Source: Enoplolaimus lenunculus
Taxonomy: Eukaryota
Direction: 5' to 3'
Assembly (NCBI GenBank): GCA_030248215.1
Contig: JASANG010000611.1
Coordinates: forward strand, 62,001 to 126,000
Length of the DNA: 64,000 nucleotides
The notes beneath the pieces were generated by a model. The model was not told where the DNA came from. It did no database searches and saw only the letters and a program-made list of their open reading frames with translations. Within the stretch, counting starts at the first letter, position 1; each line of letters starts with the position of its first letter. Shown in pieces: positions 23,755-37,624 of this stretch. The position numbers were made by a program, and so were the translations under genes.

Positions 23755-26700
23755 TTAATCAACTGTGGTTAACTGAGTGCTTGCAGACGATAAAGGCGAC
23801 AACTCGGTGCAAGCTGATTCAGCAATTAAGTCAGCAACAGAGTCCGTCCGGTTGTCAACAAGCTCGTAGTGGGGTCCATCGTTAGACGGCAAGAAAAACA
23901 AATGCCGTTTAGGGCTCTGCCCGGAATCATTGCTTGAAGATTGCATTTTAGACGCGCTCCGATGATGGTCCAGCGAAGCGAACAACGCGTTAATTCCAAA
24001 AGAACCACTGTGGCGACGCTGGCTGTCTTCGGTTTTGCCCATTAGATTTGGTGTGTTTCGAAATACGCCACAGCTTTCGTTCGCTTCGTTTGAAGTTCTA
24101 CTTAAATAAACTGGCTCCTGTGAAAAATTGGCTACAGTTGAAAAAATAGTTTGTGGCGGTTCAAGGCCCCATTTGTCTTGTGATGTAACAAGCATTGGGA
24201 TTTTGTTCAGTTTTCCAATGCTAACAACATTGTTCATGAAGGTTCCATGAGCGCTAGTGGTTGATTCAAGACTTTGTTGATTGCTTAAGCTCTCGTGACA
24301 CTGCAAGGGACCGTGCTGGGGCACATTTGACGCCGAGCGGGCAAGTGACGGATGTACTCGACTAGCAGAGGCTGGATTAAGATTAAAGTTAAACTTTGAT
24401 GAACTGTTGCATCGTACGTCTGACAGCGGACTTCGGCATGACCACGAAGTAAAGCTTGAATGTGTAAGGGTTCGCGGACGCGGGAGCGGATCTGTACAAG
24501 CGGACATGTTATCTGACAAACCGGAACCAGCCAGGATATTTGCGTATGTTGACGAGCATTCGGTGTCCGACGCACGAGATCGGGTTGAACGTTTGCTTTG
24601 ATAGCTAAAATAAGACTTGCGCGATTGAAAATTGCTGTATTTACAATAAAACCAAAAAACAGCTGCTCATAACAATAGTTTCTTACAAACCACTCGCCCA
24701 GTCTAAAAATGGGAAAGATAAACGGGTTAAACCATATTACCCAATATGAGGCAGCAGGTATATGAATTGAAAATAGTTTTCGTTTATGTACAGTTTTCCC
24801 CACATTTAAAATAACGGTTAAGCATTGAGCTTAGGCTTAGGCTAAGGTTTAAGAATAAGTTTAAAATTAGGCTTAGGCTTAAGAAAGTCTTTTCTAAGCT
24901 TAAGCTGTGGCAAACCCTTTAACAAAGACTAAGGCAAATATTTAGCAAACGCTTAGGCTTAGGCGTAAAGCTGTGGCAAACCCTTTGGCAAAGACTAAGG
25001 CAAATATTTAGCAAACGTTTAGGCTTAGGCGTACGTAGTAAACATAAGCCTAAGCCTAGAGCAGAAGGTTTCGCGATGAATGTAAGAACTGCACAGTCAC
25101 AAGAACCAAAATATTAACCGCAGCATTGCATAGCGCAGTATGCGTGTGATATATCGATTGTAAAAACCAAACGTACTTTTTAAACAGCAAACAACTCATG
25201 GCAACAATGAGAAACACGAAAGATATGACCGATGTCGAATACATTAAGTACGTTGATACGAACGTATTATCTAAAAAATGGTATGTAAACCTTTGTCAAT
25301 ACCGATTTTATACAAATCAATAGTTGTTTTAAACTAAAGCTGGCAATTTCTGTTAGAGCAGTTGAAATATTTCGGTATTTATGCTAGATCCATTGTCAAA
25401 AACGAAGCGACAGCCACACTGGCCTCGATTCTCAATCGTGGGATCAAACCCAAAATTTTGTGGGCAGACTTAGTAGTAAAATCGTGTTTGTTATTTTTAA
25501 ATTTTTTAAATTTATATCATAATGTGAATTTGAATGTGTTTTTCTAAAAAAGTTCTATTTGAAAAATTTACCCGTGTCTATCAGAAGTCGTCCATAATAG
25601 TATGTAGTCGTAAATTCACACTTTAAAGCTGTAGAAAAATATTAGCTTTTGTATATGCATTTCCCCCTATTATTTAAGGATCAGAATTAGGCTTAAGCTT
25701 CGGCAAAGGCCTCGGTAATGACTCAGACAAATGTTTAGATGTTAGACATACGTAATCTTGTTAGTAAACCTAAGCCTAAGCCTAAAAGCGAAGGCTTAAC
25801 GTTGCATGTGAGAAGTGCACAAGTTATATAAGAGCTAAAATATTAACCGCAAAATTGTATTGCGCTAAATCAATTGCAACAGTGCTCAATGTATATGTAC
25901 TGAAAACGCTTATTAAAAACTAAGGTTGCTGTTACCTTGTGGACATCTCACAACGGACTCTGTCAGCACTCGAGGCATAAAATGTTCGCAATATGTTCCA
26001 CCCCAGTCTGGATAACATCTGAAGTTGGGAACAGTGTATATTAAGCTAGCGCAAGGTAACGGTCTTTGTATATTTCTCAATATATTTAAGGGCAAGGCTT
26101 AAGCTTTTAGGCTTAGGCAAAGGTTTAGGCAAAACTTTAGCCAAATACATAAACAAAGGCTTACGCTTATGCTTAAGCATAGGCAAGCCTTGTCTTAAGC
26201 CTAAGCCTTTGACTGGGCCTAAACATAAATGAGGGGGAAAGTGGACAAGAACCAAAGCAACCTAACCAGCGCCTGAGCAGGTTTGGTGGAGGATTCCTCC
26301 AAGTTGTAGGGTAGGTTCTCCAATGCAGGCTCGAATCCATACATTTTTCGCTGAGTATCCGAGGTTGGCTGAGCGTCCTGTGGAATTTAGGTGTAGAGAC
26401 ACGTTCCAGGAATAAGAATTTTAGTACGGCGGGTCTAACAGTTTAGTCCGCATTGAAACGGAATAAAATCCGTAGGACACGCGGGTAACGCGAGAAGTCA
26501 GACACATTTCAAAACTATGGAGAGTTTTTCAACTCGGAAGAGTGGGTTTCCCTTTTTGGAAGGCCCCCCAAATGCGGTCTGGTATTAGCTGCTCCGGATC
26601 TGAACGCAATTATTGTATGTTTTGTCAGTTTCAATATTAGGTAACAGAACAAATATAATTTTTGCAACAAACAACTTGACCTGCCCTAAAAATGAGCTCG

Positions 26701-26988
26701 CTAAGACAAAGTGGTCGGTGAACGTCTCTGAAATCTTAACGAAGCGCTGACACAGATAGAGTTTGATTTTAAGACTGCTGTCTAAATTGCGACAAGCGAT
26801 GTTATCTATTTTTAGTTGGTGTGAAAATTTGTTATAAAATATCGCACCTCTTCTCTAAAATTCAGGCTACTCTTTAGCTAGCAAACAAAATGGCGTGATA
26901 TCAGCTCAATACGAAGTAATTAGTTGACATGTTTTCAGAGGTAAACTGCATACGTATGCTTATTATTATTATTATTGTTATTATTATC

Positions 26989-27019
<31 letters not shown>

Positions 27020-30000
27020 CTATTATTCTTGTTATTATTTGTCTGTTGATTAACAATACGAACCTACAAAAACAATGTCCGGTGGGCCGATGCCGCAGAC
27101 AAACACCGTCGTTGAGACAAGTCACAGTTGGCGGAAACGGACATTGGTCCATGTCAGGTGGCAAATTGAACCATAAGTTTTCGGAATCTGGAAATAATCA
27201 AAAACATAAACTATCGTTATAATTACGTACATTTCTTACTAGGCATTGGTGAAGAGTTTAATAATGAACACGGATACATATCGCGTCGAAGAGCATAGGT
27301 GGTTTGCGTACGGATCAATCTACCTGCCTTGTAAATTTAATACCAGCTTTAAGAGTTTTATCTGTAGGTAGCACACCAAACACCATGGCAATTTTTATAT
27401 AAAGTAACCCTGTTCCTAAAATCGTAACTGCGCCCCGGCACCGCTCCTGCAGGTGAAGCCCTGTTGAATGAGGTGGTCCGCCCTTCGAATCAAATTAGTA
27501 TTTTAGACTGGTTGGCTCCGACGTATGCCTGTAAACCTGGTGAAATAAAACAGTAAACAGGCCACGGGTATAAAAGCTTTAGAAATACTACAAACAATAT
27601 ACACGTGAATAAACACACCGCTTCACGTGTAAAAATACAATCTAATCTGCGCCGCGTTTAAAAAAGAATTTAATAAACAAACTTTGTGCCCGTGAGGATT
27701 CAACCGGAGGTCTGCCTGTACATCCGGTTCCAGCAAAAAATAGTTTGCCGTTCCGCTAGATTTTTCGTTCTGTTCACGGAAGGCATAAGTAATATCATGC
27801 AAAAGGTATTTCCTTCCTATCGAGCAGAGTAATCCAGAATTTTTATTTGAAACTAAATCTAAAATAAAGCATAATCATAAACTTGATTTTAAGTCTAAGT
27901 CTAAACCTAAGCCTGATGATGGGCAACTTAATTGGCGAGTCAACGATATTTTAAATTTCAAGTTGTTGTCGACGAGTTGAAGCGCGAATAACTATCGTGA
28001 CACCTGCACTGTATTAATACCTGCAGCATTGTCATGTGTTTTCCTTCGGTGCTTGGTATAAAGACGAATTGCACTTGAACTGAACAACGAGTCATTGTGT
28101 TGAACGAGGCATTCAAAGTTTCCCAAATGTTCGCTCGAAACTGATTCTATTGTTAGAGTAGAAGACATTCTGAAATATTATTTGGTGTCATACTGGCAAC
28201 AATTGTTCCTTTGCTTCGTCTTGACTTACACAGGCCCATGGGCCGCTCACTGTGCCAGTGTGGTCACAAAATTAATTAGACAGACGTCCAATGATTGCAT
28301 TTGCAAGCGCAGCTAAAACTATTTTAGTAGGGAATTTAGTTAACTGGTCCCTGTCTCTTTCCGGTTACGATCGCGAACTTTGAACGCACAGCAATTATGA
28401 AAACAATTTTTTATACTTTTGAAACTTCGATATCTTGACTTGTCACCATTATTAATTGTTATGAAAAACACCAAAACCTACTAGAAATTTCTAGAAGATA
28501 CAAAGGTACAACTAGCGACGGGCTTCGATGACAAACACACTGTTTGATTTTAACTATTTTGTACTGCAGTCAACAATTCAGGACTTTTCGTATCGAACCT
28601 GTATAGTGTATATACCACCTGCATTTTCTCCTAAATTTTACTATCAAGAAGTTATAAACAAGTAACACAAAACGTCAATAATAGTTACTGGTGGATCGAG
28701 GTGGGATAAAAGTAAAAGAGCGGATCCAGAAAAAAAGTTAAGGGACGTTCATAGGTTTTAAATCTACGTTACATACTGAATAGATACTGTAGTGACCCGA
28801 ATAAGAAGGGGTAATTTTGAGTCCCAATCAATAGTAGTCCGTTTGCGTAATAAGAGTCCGTAAGCGGATAGAGTCCCTAAACCGTAATAGAGTCCATAAA
28901 TGTTAAGTATTCCTAATTGTAGCGCATAAATGAGTCCAGGACCAAATAATTTGAGCTCGAATCTTTAAAGCGTACTTAAATTTTGAAAGTACATTCCTAA
29001 GTATATTAACCTTGCATTATCGCTCAAGCTATTGACAACACAAATAAAACGTTTAATTGAACGGAAAGATGCGATACCGGACATATATCAGTAATGAAGG
29101 GCGACGGAGGGTGAATTAAAAATAAATAACAGTCCGTAACCGTATAACAAGGGGGGAACCCTGTGGAGACGCCAAATAAATATCAGTCCCCTCTTATTCG
29201 GGTCACTACAGTACTGGAGGATCAAGGTAGAATGAAAGTAAAGGAACGGATTCAGAAAAAAATTTAAAGAAGGTTCATAGGTTTTTGATCGACGGTACCT
29301 ACGGAATCAATATGCACGTAGCAGTGGATATGGGTGAACATTCCCTAGAGTGTTGGCAAAAAATCCGCCTTGGGCATAATTAGGTAATTAACAAACCTAA
29401 AGTATACTCCAAAAGTTTAATTTGACCATACATATATTTTGATTACTTCTATTTTATTTTAGGAAAAAGGATACCGTTCTAAAACATCCTCATCCGTTCC
29501 TTGATTACTATACTTTTTCGTTCAAATCAATAATGTAATATGTAGGTATATAACTTCATATGAGTGTTGGTTCGAAGGCATGCCACATACAATGGCATGG
29601 AGGATCGAGAACTATATTATGAATGAGGCAAAGCAATTTGTGAAAAAAGCTTGAGAGCGAAACGACCAAGAACCCAAATGCAATTTTAGTTCTGAACCTT
29701 AAACCCAAAAATTTTGGTTATAAACCTTGTTGCGGAAGGGGGGCCTAAATTTGGGTATCTTCATTTGGATTCGCAAATGGCCATAAATTTTTTATGTAAT
29801 TTAAAATCTACTGTTCTGGAAGCCTTAAAGCAAATATGACACTTGGTGATTAACAGGACTTAACTCAAGAGCGCTTTTAAACTGTTGCCATAGGATATAA
29901 GTCAGGCTGGATGTTGCAGTGTTTGTGTTGTTTTAATTAATAGTGTTTTCAAAATATTTGCCATTCCACTGACAACATTAAAGCTTCAATCATAGCGATA

Positions 30001-31179
30001 AAGCAAATAGTTTACATACTATATAAATAGTAAATACGATAAGCTGTTGAAAAATTTGAAAATATTGTACAACACATATCACTGTTCAATGGTTATATAT
30101 TATGACGCAATCCATAAAATCAACAGCTGGATGAAAAAAGGTATTAAACAGGGTACAACCGAAGGTCTGCTTCCGGCACCGGCTTCGGCAGAAACTCGGC
30201 CTCCGGCTCCGGCTCTGGCTGCGGCAGAATTTTTGCCGGAGCTTCCATCAGTTTCGATGGTAAAATTTTGCATAATTTAGCAAAATTTATCTGTTTACCA
30301 CGTTTCGTTTTACTTTTGTCTTAATTTCGTAGAAAATTAGCCTAAAACCAAACAATTGAGCAACAATTTGCAGATATTGGCTAAAATTAACTAATTTACA
30401 ATCATTTTACCACCAAATTTCGCCTCGCCTCGGGCTCCGTCATGCCTCGATGACCTTCGGCTTCGGCACCGGTATTTTTCACCTCCTGTTGCACCCTGGT
30501 AATAAAAGTTAAAGTGTTTGTCCTCCGGAATATAAATTGGGAGACAGTGTCGGAGCTTGAATTTTCTGGTGGACAAAATGCTTTTTAAGCTTTGAAAATA
30601 TACAGTATTTAAACCGTTTTAGCAAAATTTTGATATTTTAAGTTTGACCAGTTGTGTATGAAGGCGCAAAAAAATTTATATTGTGTTGAAATCTCGCCAT
30701 CTGCTTCTGTAGATCCGCAAGATAGACACAACATAGGTTAAATTTCATTAATCTCAATTCGAAGAGCGGTGTCAGCCTGCAGAACACTAAATTTTTAAAC
30801 TGGTAATTGGAAACATTCAACCTGTGTAAAATTATTTCAAAAATTATTAGATTTTTGAACAAAATTTTGGTTTTGGTTCCTGTTGGATAGCCTAAGCCTG
30901 GCTGCTTAACCCGTTGTTTCACGAGTGGGTTCAAAATATGCAATAAGTGCCACAATTCCAGTAATTCAACTTACGAATCTTGAACAACACTATGCGAATG
31001 TCCTGCTAATGCTGACTGGTGAAGTTGTCGGCCTTGAAAGGCCCATTCAAAAGACGCATCGCCACTTCTTGCGCTATCGCCCGAAGGTTCAGTGCTTTGC
31101 GCCAAGCATTTAATGGCAATTCTTTGCCCGAGTGTCACATGAGCTCTCTGCACTGGCTGATGTTCGTTAGAATTGTGGG
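23755..31179 (-). CDS. Ig + EGF + transmembrane growth-factor precursor (neuregulin/vein/IGEG-like); exons 31179-30975, 28169-28021, 27323-27240, 27187-27064, 26018-25936, 25270-25177, 24604-23755; possible extra exon 32258-32196; 5' end unresolved
   Basis: All junctions are GT-AG and in phase. I-set Ig: VTLGQRIAIKC..FEWAFQGRQL..STLTIESVSSEHLGNFECLV. EGF: CPFPPTVTCLNDGVCLRHRPTGHCFCR|CYPDWGGTYC, i.e. C-x7-C-x5-C-x10-C-x-C-x8-C with the intron between C4 and C5, as in ErbB-ligand genes. TM: YLMYSTSVISFVFLIVAMSCLLF. Ser-rich cytoplasmic tail of about 280 aa. Confidence 0.85.
24825..25137. repeat. TTAGGC/GCCTAA-rich dispersed repeat with a 66-bp tandem duplication; related copies at ~25675-25866 and ~26085-26225
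   Basis: agctgtggcaaacccttt..aaagactaaggcaaatatttagcaaacg occurs twice; TTAGGC units are followed by inverted GCCTAA units; tail aaaatattaaccgca is shared with the 25675 copy. Confidence 0.75.
26960..27040. repeat. (ATT)n microsatellite in the intron that splits the EGF domain
   Basis: Directly visible. Confidence 0.9.
28785..29213 (+). mobile_element. MITE family A copy
   Basis: Intact TIRs and family A body. Confidence 0.85.
30149..30498. mobile_element. hAT-type MITE
   Basis: TIR CAGGGTACAAC/GTTGCACCCTG; near-TSD gtattaaa/gtaataaa; subterminal (TCCGGC)n. Confidence 0.75.
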
Positions 31180-34100
31180 CTGAAACGTAAACAAAACTGC
31201 TAAATAATTCTGTTTAGCTATTGTATTATCGAGATGCAGTTGACTTTGTGGTATCACGGGCCGGTGGTGCACCTATTTAGTATGTCTGACATGCAAGAGC
31301 GAAGCCCGTGTTCGTCCAAGCCCGTAGCTAGCTCACCTTGCTAGTGTGGCTGAAAATTTTTCTGGAAGAGCATACAAGGGTTTTCCATGACTTCCAAGCA
31401 AGGTACAAAATTTTCTAGGGGGGGGTCAAAAATTATCCCCTACCCCCTTCGCAACGGGCCAGGGTTAATTCTGGGCTGTTTCAATACTTGATCGCCAATT
31501 CACAGGAGTTGGGGACTAAATTTTGAAACGGTTTTGTTGTTTATGTCAAAACTCACATGACAAATGAAGAGACATTGAAAGTATTTTGAAATTAGTTTTT
31601 TAGTTATGTTGGCTTTATATACTTAACTTAGCAAAAACTGGGACCAGGAGGATGTGCTCCTTCAAGAAGAAGGCGTAGTCATACCCCCCTTTGGCATCCG
31701 TAAGCAATTTTTCATATAAACAGGCATATAAAAATTAGGCAGTTTTGCCGCTGCAACAACTCGTTTAATATTTTGCATGCTGAACTCAGTTTGTACACGC
31801 AAACCAAATATTATGGCGATCCCATGACTAAGTAAATTTTCAGCACCACTTAGAATCTCCTCGAAACGTTCATTAGCAACAACAATATTGCACAAATAAC
31901 AATGTTTCGAGCTAAAATTTCAATTAGCCACTGTCGGATCCAAAGAAAGATGCCATGGGCCTAAGCCTTTCAAAACGCGATAAAAACATAAAATTTGGTA
32001 TTAAAATTAAGCACTAAATTTGCATTTGTCTTCTCGCTCGTAAGCGTTTTTAGTACTACAATTTTCTGAATCCACCACTGCAAATATGCGGTAAAAATAT
32101 GTAAACTGTAATTTTATAACCAAAAAAAACAGTTCAAATTATTGCCATTGTCACTTGTTGACCGTTCTTAAATCAGTAATATATTTCAATTTTACCAATA
32201 TCCACGTTTAGTTCGAAAACCGAATTTCCATCAGGATGTTTTCTGTTGTGATTGGCGTCTGACATTTGCGGTTCACAATTTTAAGTTATCGTAGACCAAC
32301 GTACAAAGTTTATATAACAAAACCCGTTATAATAAACCATATGGAATGTATTCACTGTTTAACATAATTCTGAAATTATAATAAAGAGCATTACGCTTTC
32401 CTATCACACCTTGCAACAAAATGAAATTCAACACTATACAGTTTTTGTTGGTGACCGGGTTCATAGCCAATGGGGGCCGAGGGGCGATGCTCAGCACCCC
32501 CATGGAAAAATTTTGCATCCCCCTAGAATATTTTCATACTTGTTTGTAACTCATGGAATACCGTTGAATGTTAATCCTTAAAAAATTTTTTAGCCCTCCT
32601 AGCAAGGTGAGCTGGCTACAGGCCTGGTTGGTGCCAAACATCTTAAAGCGCTAGTTCAAACAAAACCAAAATTAATACGCTATTAAAGACGAAGAGTTGA
32701 TTAAAACAAAGTTCAGGGTGGTGTAAACGCTGCAATTTTGTGTTAATTATCGTTTTAATGTAGTAACATTTACTTAGGAACTTTAAACAAAGCGTTTGTA
32801 AAGCGTCTTTGTTGCGTCCAGTGGCGGGATCCAGGGATTTCTGACGATGGGCCCTTCGGTATATAATAGTGTAAAAGCAAGCATAGCAAGAAATGACACG
32901 CAATTTTAGTACCAAACCTTTATACAAAATTTGGTTCCATGATGACTGCTCAATGGTACGGATTGAGTGGGCCCACCATAGATCGTTCGATGATTGCGTC
33001 TTGTGATATTAAAAGTGGAAAATTAGAAATGTACACACTGTGTGTTTCAATACACCACATATACCACTTTTGTAAGTAGGTGTAACGAAAGTTTTTATTT
33101 GTGAATGAAAACTATTCGGAGATGCTTCAGAAGTTTTGCACTCATTTTTGTTGAGCAAAAAAAGGCGGAGGTTGTGACTGTACATTTATAAGCTTTAACA
33201 ATACTTCATTGATGCGTGAAAAACGACAGTAAAGTTGTGGTTCTCATATGGACAGGACATAACGGTGTAAAACGCATAGTGAAACAATATACGGTAGCGA
33301 ATTTTCTAAATTTTGTTATCTATATCTTGAACCATTAGTATATACTGAAATACTGAGCGATTTTTCAATTATTTGTACATATAATCGCAAAATAATGGAA
33401 GTTTTAGTATTTACATAACGCACACGGAAACAAACATTCATTTTTACCAGGGTGTAACCGAATATCCGTTTCCGGCAAAATTGGTGCCCGTTTCCGTTTT
33501 CGTTACAGAAATAACGGAAATGGTTTTTTACCTTCAACATTTGAAATAAATCACGTATATATATCGGGCAATTTTTCATTACAAATATGCTGCAATTATA
33601 TTTGAATTGAATTAAAAATTACAAAATTAACCTCAATTCTTAAAGATTTTGATGCTTCCGCCATTTTCCGTTTAAAACTTTAGAAAGCCCGGTGAATATT
33701 TGCGCACCTCAATTGTGTTTACACAAAAAATAAAGCATAACTTTTTTGACTTCAATATCCGTTTTCCGTTTCCATTATTTTCATCACTATTCTTTTCCGT
33801 TTCCATAATTTTTAAAAGCTATTTGTATACATCCTGAGGTTTACCGAAAACGGGTATGAGGTTACACCATGCCAAACATTGAACGCTGAATATTTGAGAA
33901 ATTGTTTGGATTTTAATAAGTGCTTACGGCGACCAGCAAAGTTTGAATTTTCCACGCTATGCATTTTTTATTGTCAAACTGAACTTTACTGCTGACAAAT
34001 CAACACAGTATTTGTACAGCATGTAAACTATTGCTAAATTAAGTACTTTAAATAAACCGACAATTCGCTCAAACTCTTACACGTTTTGCAGAGTGTTTTA

Positions 34101-35159
34101 CAGGTTTAGCTTTTAAAATGAAGTTTATTTTAGAAACGAAATTTTCAGAAACACAAAATTTTGCAGCAAACTTTAATTTATTTATGGAATTTCGATGGCT
34201 TCTGGCGAAAATTTGCGTACATAAAATACAATTATTTTATTGCTTTTGCTTGCTTATTATTAACCAAACGCGTCTGCATACAACATATTGTTGTGTTTTT
34301 CATAAATTGTAATTTTTTCGGGCAAAACTGCTGAAAAGCTTTTGGAGCCATGGCCGGCGTTTTGTAACGTCCTTTTAGAGTGAATTATATTTCGAAGAAT
34401 ATTGCGTAAAATTTAGTAAAATACAAATTCGCGTATCTAAAAATAGTTGATATCAGTTTATTAATTTCAAGTTCCTAAAAAAAGTTTACACATGAATAAC
34501 CTTGTGGGATGAATTGTAAGCAGAACAATAATCGCTATTTGTCTCAGCAGAACTTCAGACACTGTACACTCGTCTTTTTAAATTTATGTTGGTATTTAAA
34601 GCTTAACTTTGTAAAAGTTAAAAATAGTCATTTCATTCTCAGCTGACGAGTGTACAAAACGTAAACAATTCATGCAAATATTACGTCATAATTGCTTGTT
34701 TTCTTGAGTTTCTGAGGCGAAGCTGTTTTATTTTTTTGCATAAAATCCAAAATGACTGTGGTCCAAACGATTGAATTGAAATAACGGTTGATTGTTTAAC
34801 GCAAAGTGAGTTTTGTAGAAACGGAATTATAGTGGAAATCTATTGTCAGCCAACGTTTACATTCAATGAAAATGGATAAATCTTGTAATGTGCGTAAAGT
34901 GGTAAGGTGTGCAGAACAACGGATATATTCGACGTCTGGGCTCTTCGAATACCGGACAGTTTTTCAATTATGTCCGTCTGAACAAGGATAAGAACAACGC
35001 CGATAATGTCATAAAATTTCATTGAAAACATGCACAAGAAATCCAGACTTCGAAAGTCGTACTCTCTTAAAGCTTAAACTAACTTCACTAAGCTTAAACT
35101 AATGCGGCAGCATTAAACTAGTACTTTCTAGATTAATTGACTTAACAGGCAGGTTTACG

Positions 35160-35442
35160 CAGAGGCGGATTCAAAAATTTCTGACGGGGGGCGCGCTAGC
35201 AAATGTTGTTTAGCGCAAAAATTGCAAGGTAGGAACCTTATCATTTTTTCACCAAAAAATTTGTAAGAGGAAAAGTTGTAAGGTTTTTATCACAAAATAC
35301 GTTCTGAAGGTAAAAGTTGTATTTTTTGCAAAAAAAAACTTCTGAGGGGGAAATTGCAAGTTGCGGACATTACCTTTTATTACAAAACGTTCAAACGTGG
35401 GGCATACGTTCTTCCGCCCCGCCACGTTTGGATCCGCTATTG
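35160..35442. mobile_element. hAT-type MITE nested in another repeat (host repeat also present at ~52440-52810)
   Basis: CAGAGGCGGATTC..GGATCCGCTATTG; near-TSD ggtttacg/ggtttgcg; related fragment near 12394. Confidence 0.7.
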
Positions 35443-36433
35443 GGTTTGCGCTTTAACTCATTTAAAACCTTGCATATTTTTAGTTTAAGTGGAACTTAGA
35501 TAAAGAATATTTAGATACGCAAAGTTTCTTAAACACCTTAATTTTGTGTTAAACTTAAAAATATGTTGGTTTAAGTTAAACTTACAATTCTTATTTAGTT
35601 ACTTCGTCAAGCAATTGAAGTTTCACAATTAGTTGAGCAATATATAATTTCAGTTTAATTAAAGCATACGCTGCAGAACCAGTAAAAGGGCAAAAAAGCA
35701 ACCATAAACATTAATTCTCACAAGCATTGGACAGTAAATGATTATTAAACGTCGTTAAACGCGCTAACTTATAAACCATTCGATACGTCTCTGGCAAAAG
35801 TATTGAAATGTAATCTCGCAGTACATGCGCAGAGCGGAACGAGGATTTCATTTGCGACGGGTTCAACTTAAAATAATTACGATCGCGCAAAAGACTGGCA
35901 AGAAAATTCTTTCATGATCTCTATCGGATAAAACCAATTTATCTGAAACCTGTCAAAGTGCCTTTTTTTCTTGTTTCTCCAGCAATTTCAAGGAAATATT
36001 TCATCCTATCCCTCCGTGTGTTTAATTGCAATTTTGTAGCGCACGTGGCATTTAAATATGTAAGTCTACACGTCACTACAATAAACGTAACATCGCTGCG
36101 CGTTTGTGAGCGTCGCCTAGACTTTCAAAAATTGCCGAACAAAAAGCAATTCACTTGTCTCAAGGATGCAGCAAAAACAGTTAAATCGCTGAAGGTGCAA
36201 CAGACACAAACGAAGAAACACTACAGTAGGACAGTTCAATTTTCTTGTATGGTGATTTGCGAAAACAACTCTATACATCGCTGTAAACAAGCGAAATTAG
36301 TAGACTCCTTTTTCTAAATTTTTAATACATTTTAGTCCAGATAGAGCGAAAAATCGTGGATTTTTTTGTTGAACGACGAGAGGGTATTTCAGTTTCAGCA
36401 ATACGCACTTGTGTTTCAATCATCTCCATACGC

Positions 36434-36668
36434 ACACTGTAAATTTCAGTGCGTTGATATTAACTCAGAAGAGTTGAATCCGCCGTCGGAGGTCTGAGTT
36501 CTGAATAAGGTCTTTCAGAACTCAGAACTCTTAATTGAACGTAATCATTCTGAGCTAATAATCAACGAACCCTGAATTACATCAGCTTAGAGTGAGTTAA
36601 TTTTTACTGTTGTTAACTCAGAAACAAACAGAAAAAACTAATTCTCTCTGAGTCAAAATTTACAGTGT
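36434..36668. mobile_element. CACTG-ended (EnSpm/CMC-like) MITE
   Basis: acactgtaaattt ... aaatttacagtgt termini; repeated aactcaga motif inside. Confidence 0.6.
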
Positions 36669-36674
36669 AAATAG

Positions 36675-37065
36675 CAGAGTCCCAACCGGAACTAGATTTT
36701 GTCGGAATCGGAATCAAATTTTTCTGTCGGAACCGAAATCGGAATCGGAATCAAGTTTTACTAATTCTATTGAAGTTAAATGTGTATGACTTTTAACTTA
36801 TGTTGCAGTATGCCTGTTTCCGTTACTGTTCACAGTTTCAGTAAAAATTGTTTATATAGCTGACGGAATACGCGAAACAACTCTGAATATTTACTAAGAA
36901 AAAACAACAGAGTAAGTGCAAACGAACGACATAAAACGAAACAAGCAAATTCTAAGTTTAATCATCTTAAAAACTCACAATCGAAACACCAGTCAGCCGG
37001 AATCGGAATCGGAAGTCAAATTTTGCCGGAATTTTAGCCGGAATCGGAATTCCGATGGAAACCTG
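36675..37065 (+). mobile_element. hAT-type MITE family D copy
   Basis: Body shared with 7753-8173; perfect 8-bp TSD gtaaatag. Confidence 0.85.
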
Positions 37066-37624
37066 GTAAATAGCAATAACGATATGTGTTCCGTTGAGGT
37101 CTTGTTTTATAACGTTTATTCAGTATTTTATGACGCCCTCTATTTCACCATTTTCCGGTCATGCTAATCAAAAATAAGCATCCGGTAGAGTACAAACAAA
37201 TGTCGCTGTCCAGGTATCTCGTACGCTATAACAATCATATTGGGATTTCTTTACCATTTATAGTTTCAAAGTTGGACATTATTATATCATTGAGATCGGC
37301 AAAACTATTTTTTCGGCTTTAGATGAAATCCATAAAAAAAGAGTTCCAACACTGTATAAACTGCTGTTTCAACTCCTGATCTGTTTACTCGAAAATATAG
37401 TTTTTGCATATTCCCAAAACAAACCAACCAAAAACTAAAGTGCTAACCTAGTAGCGAACTGGCCGAGAAGGCAGGTTCAAATTTGTATTAAATGCCAGTA
37501 CAGAGTTACTTTTGTGTGGGTTTATGGGGTAATCCGTGTCTAGCCATATAACTGAGCATCGATCCATCGCTTTATCAATGATCAGTACTCGATTACAGGA
37601 AGGCCGTATGGTTTTTTATGCTTT

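Noticed and set aside
26225..26610. tRNA or SINE suggested by a B-box-like GGCTCGAATCC
   Set aside because: No cloverleaf or clear A box, and no second copy in the window.
34846..35037. Candidate signal-peptide exon for the Ig-EGF gene
   Set aside because: The hydrophobic stretch is short and the only evident donor is phase 0, incompatible with the phase-1 downstream exons.
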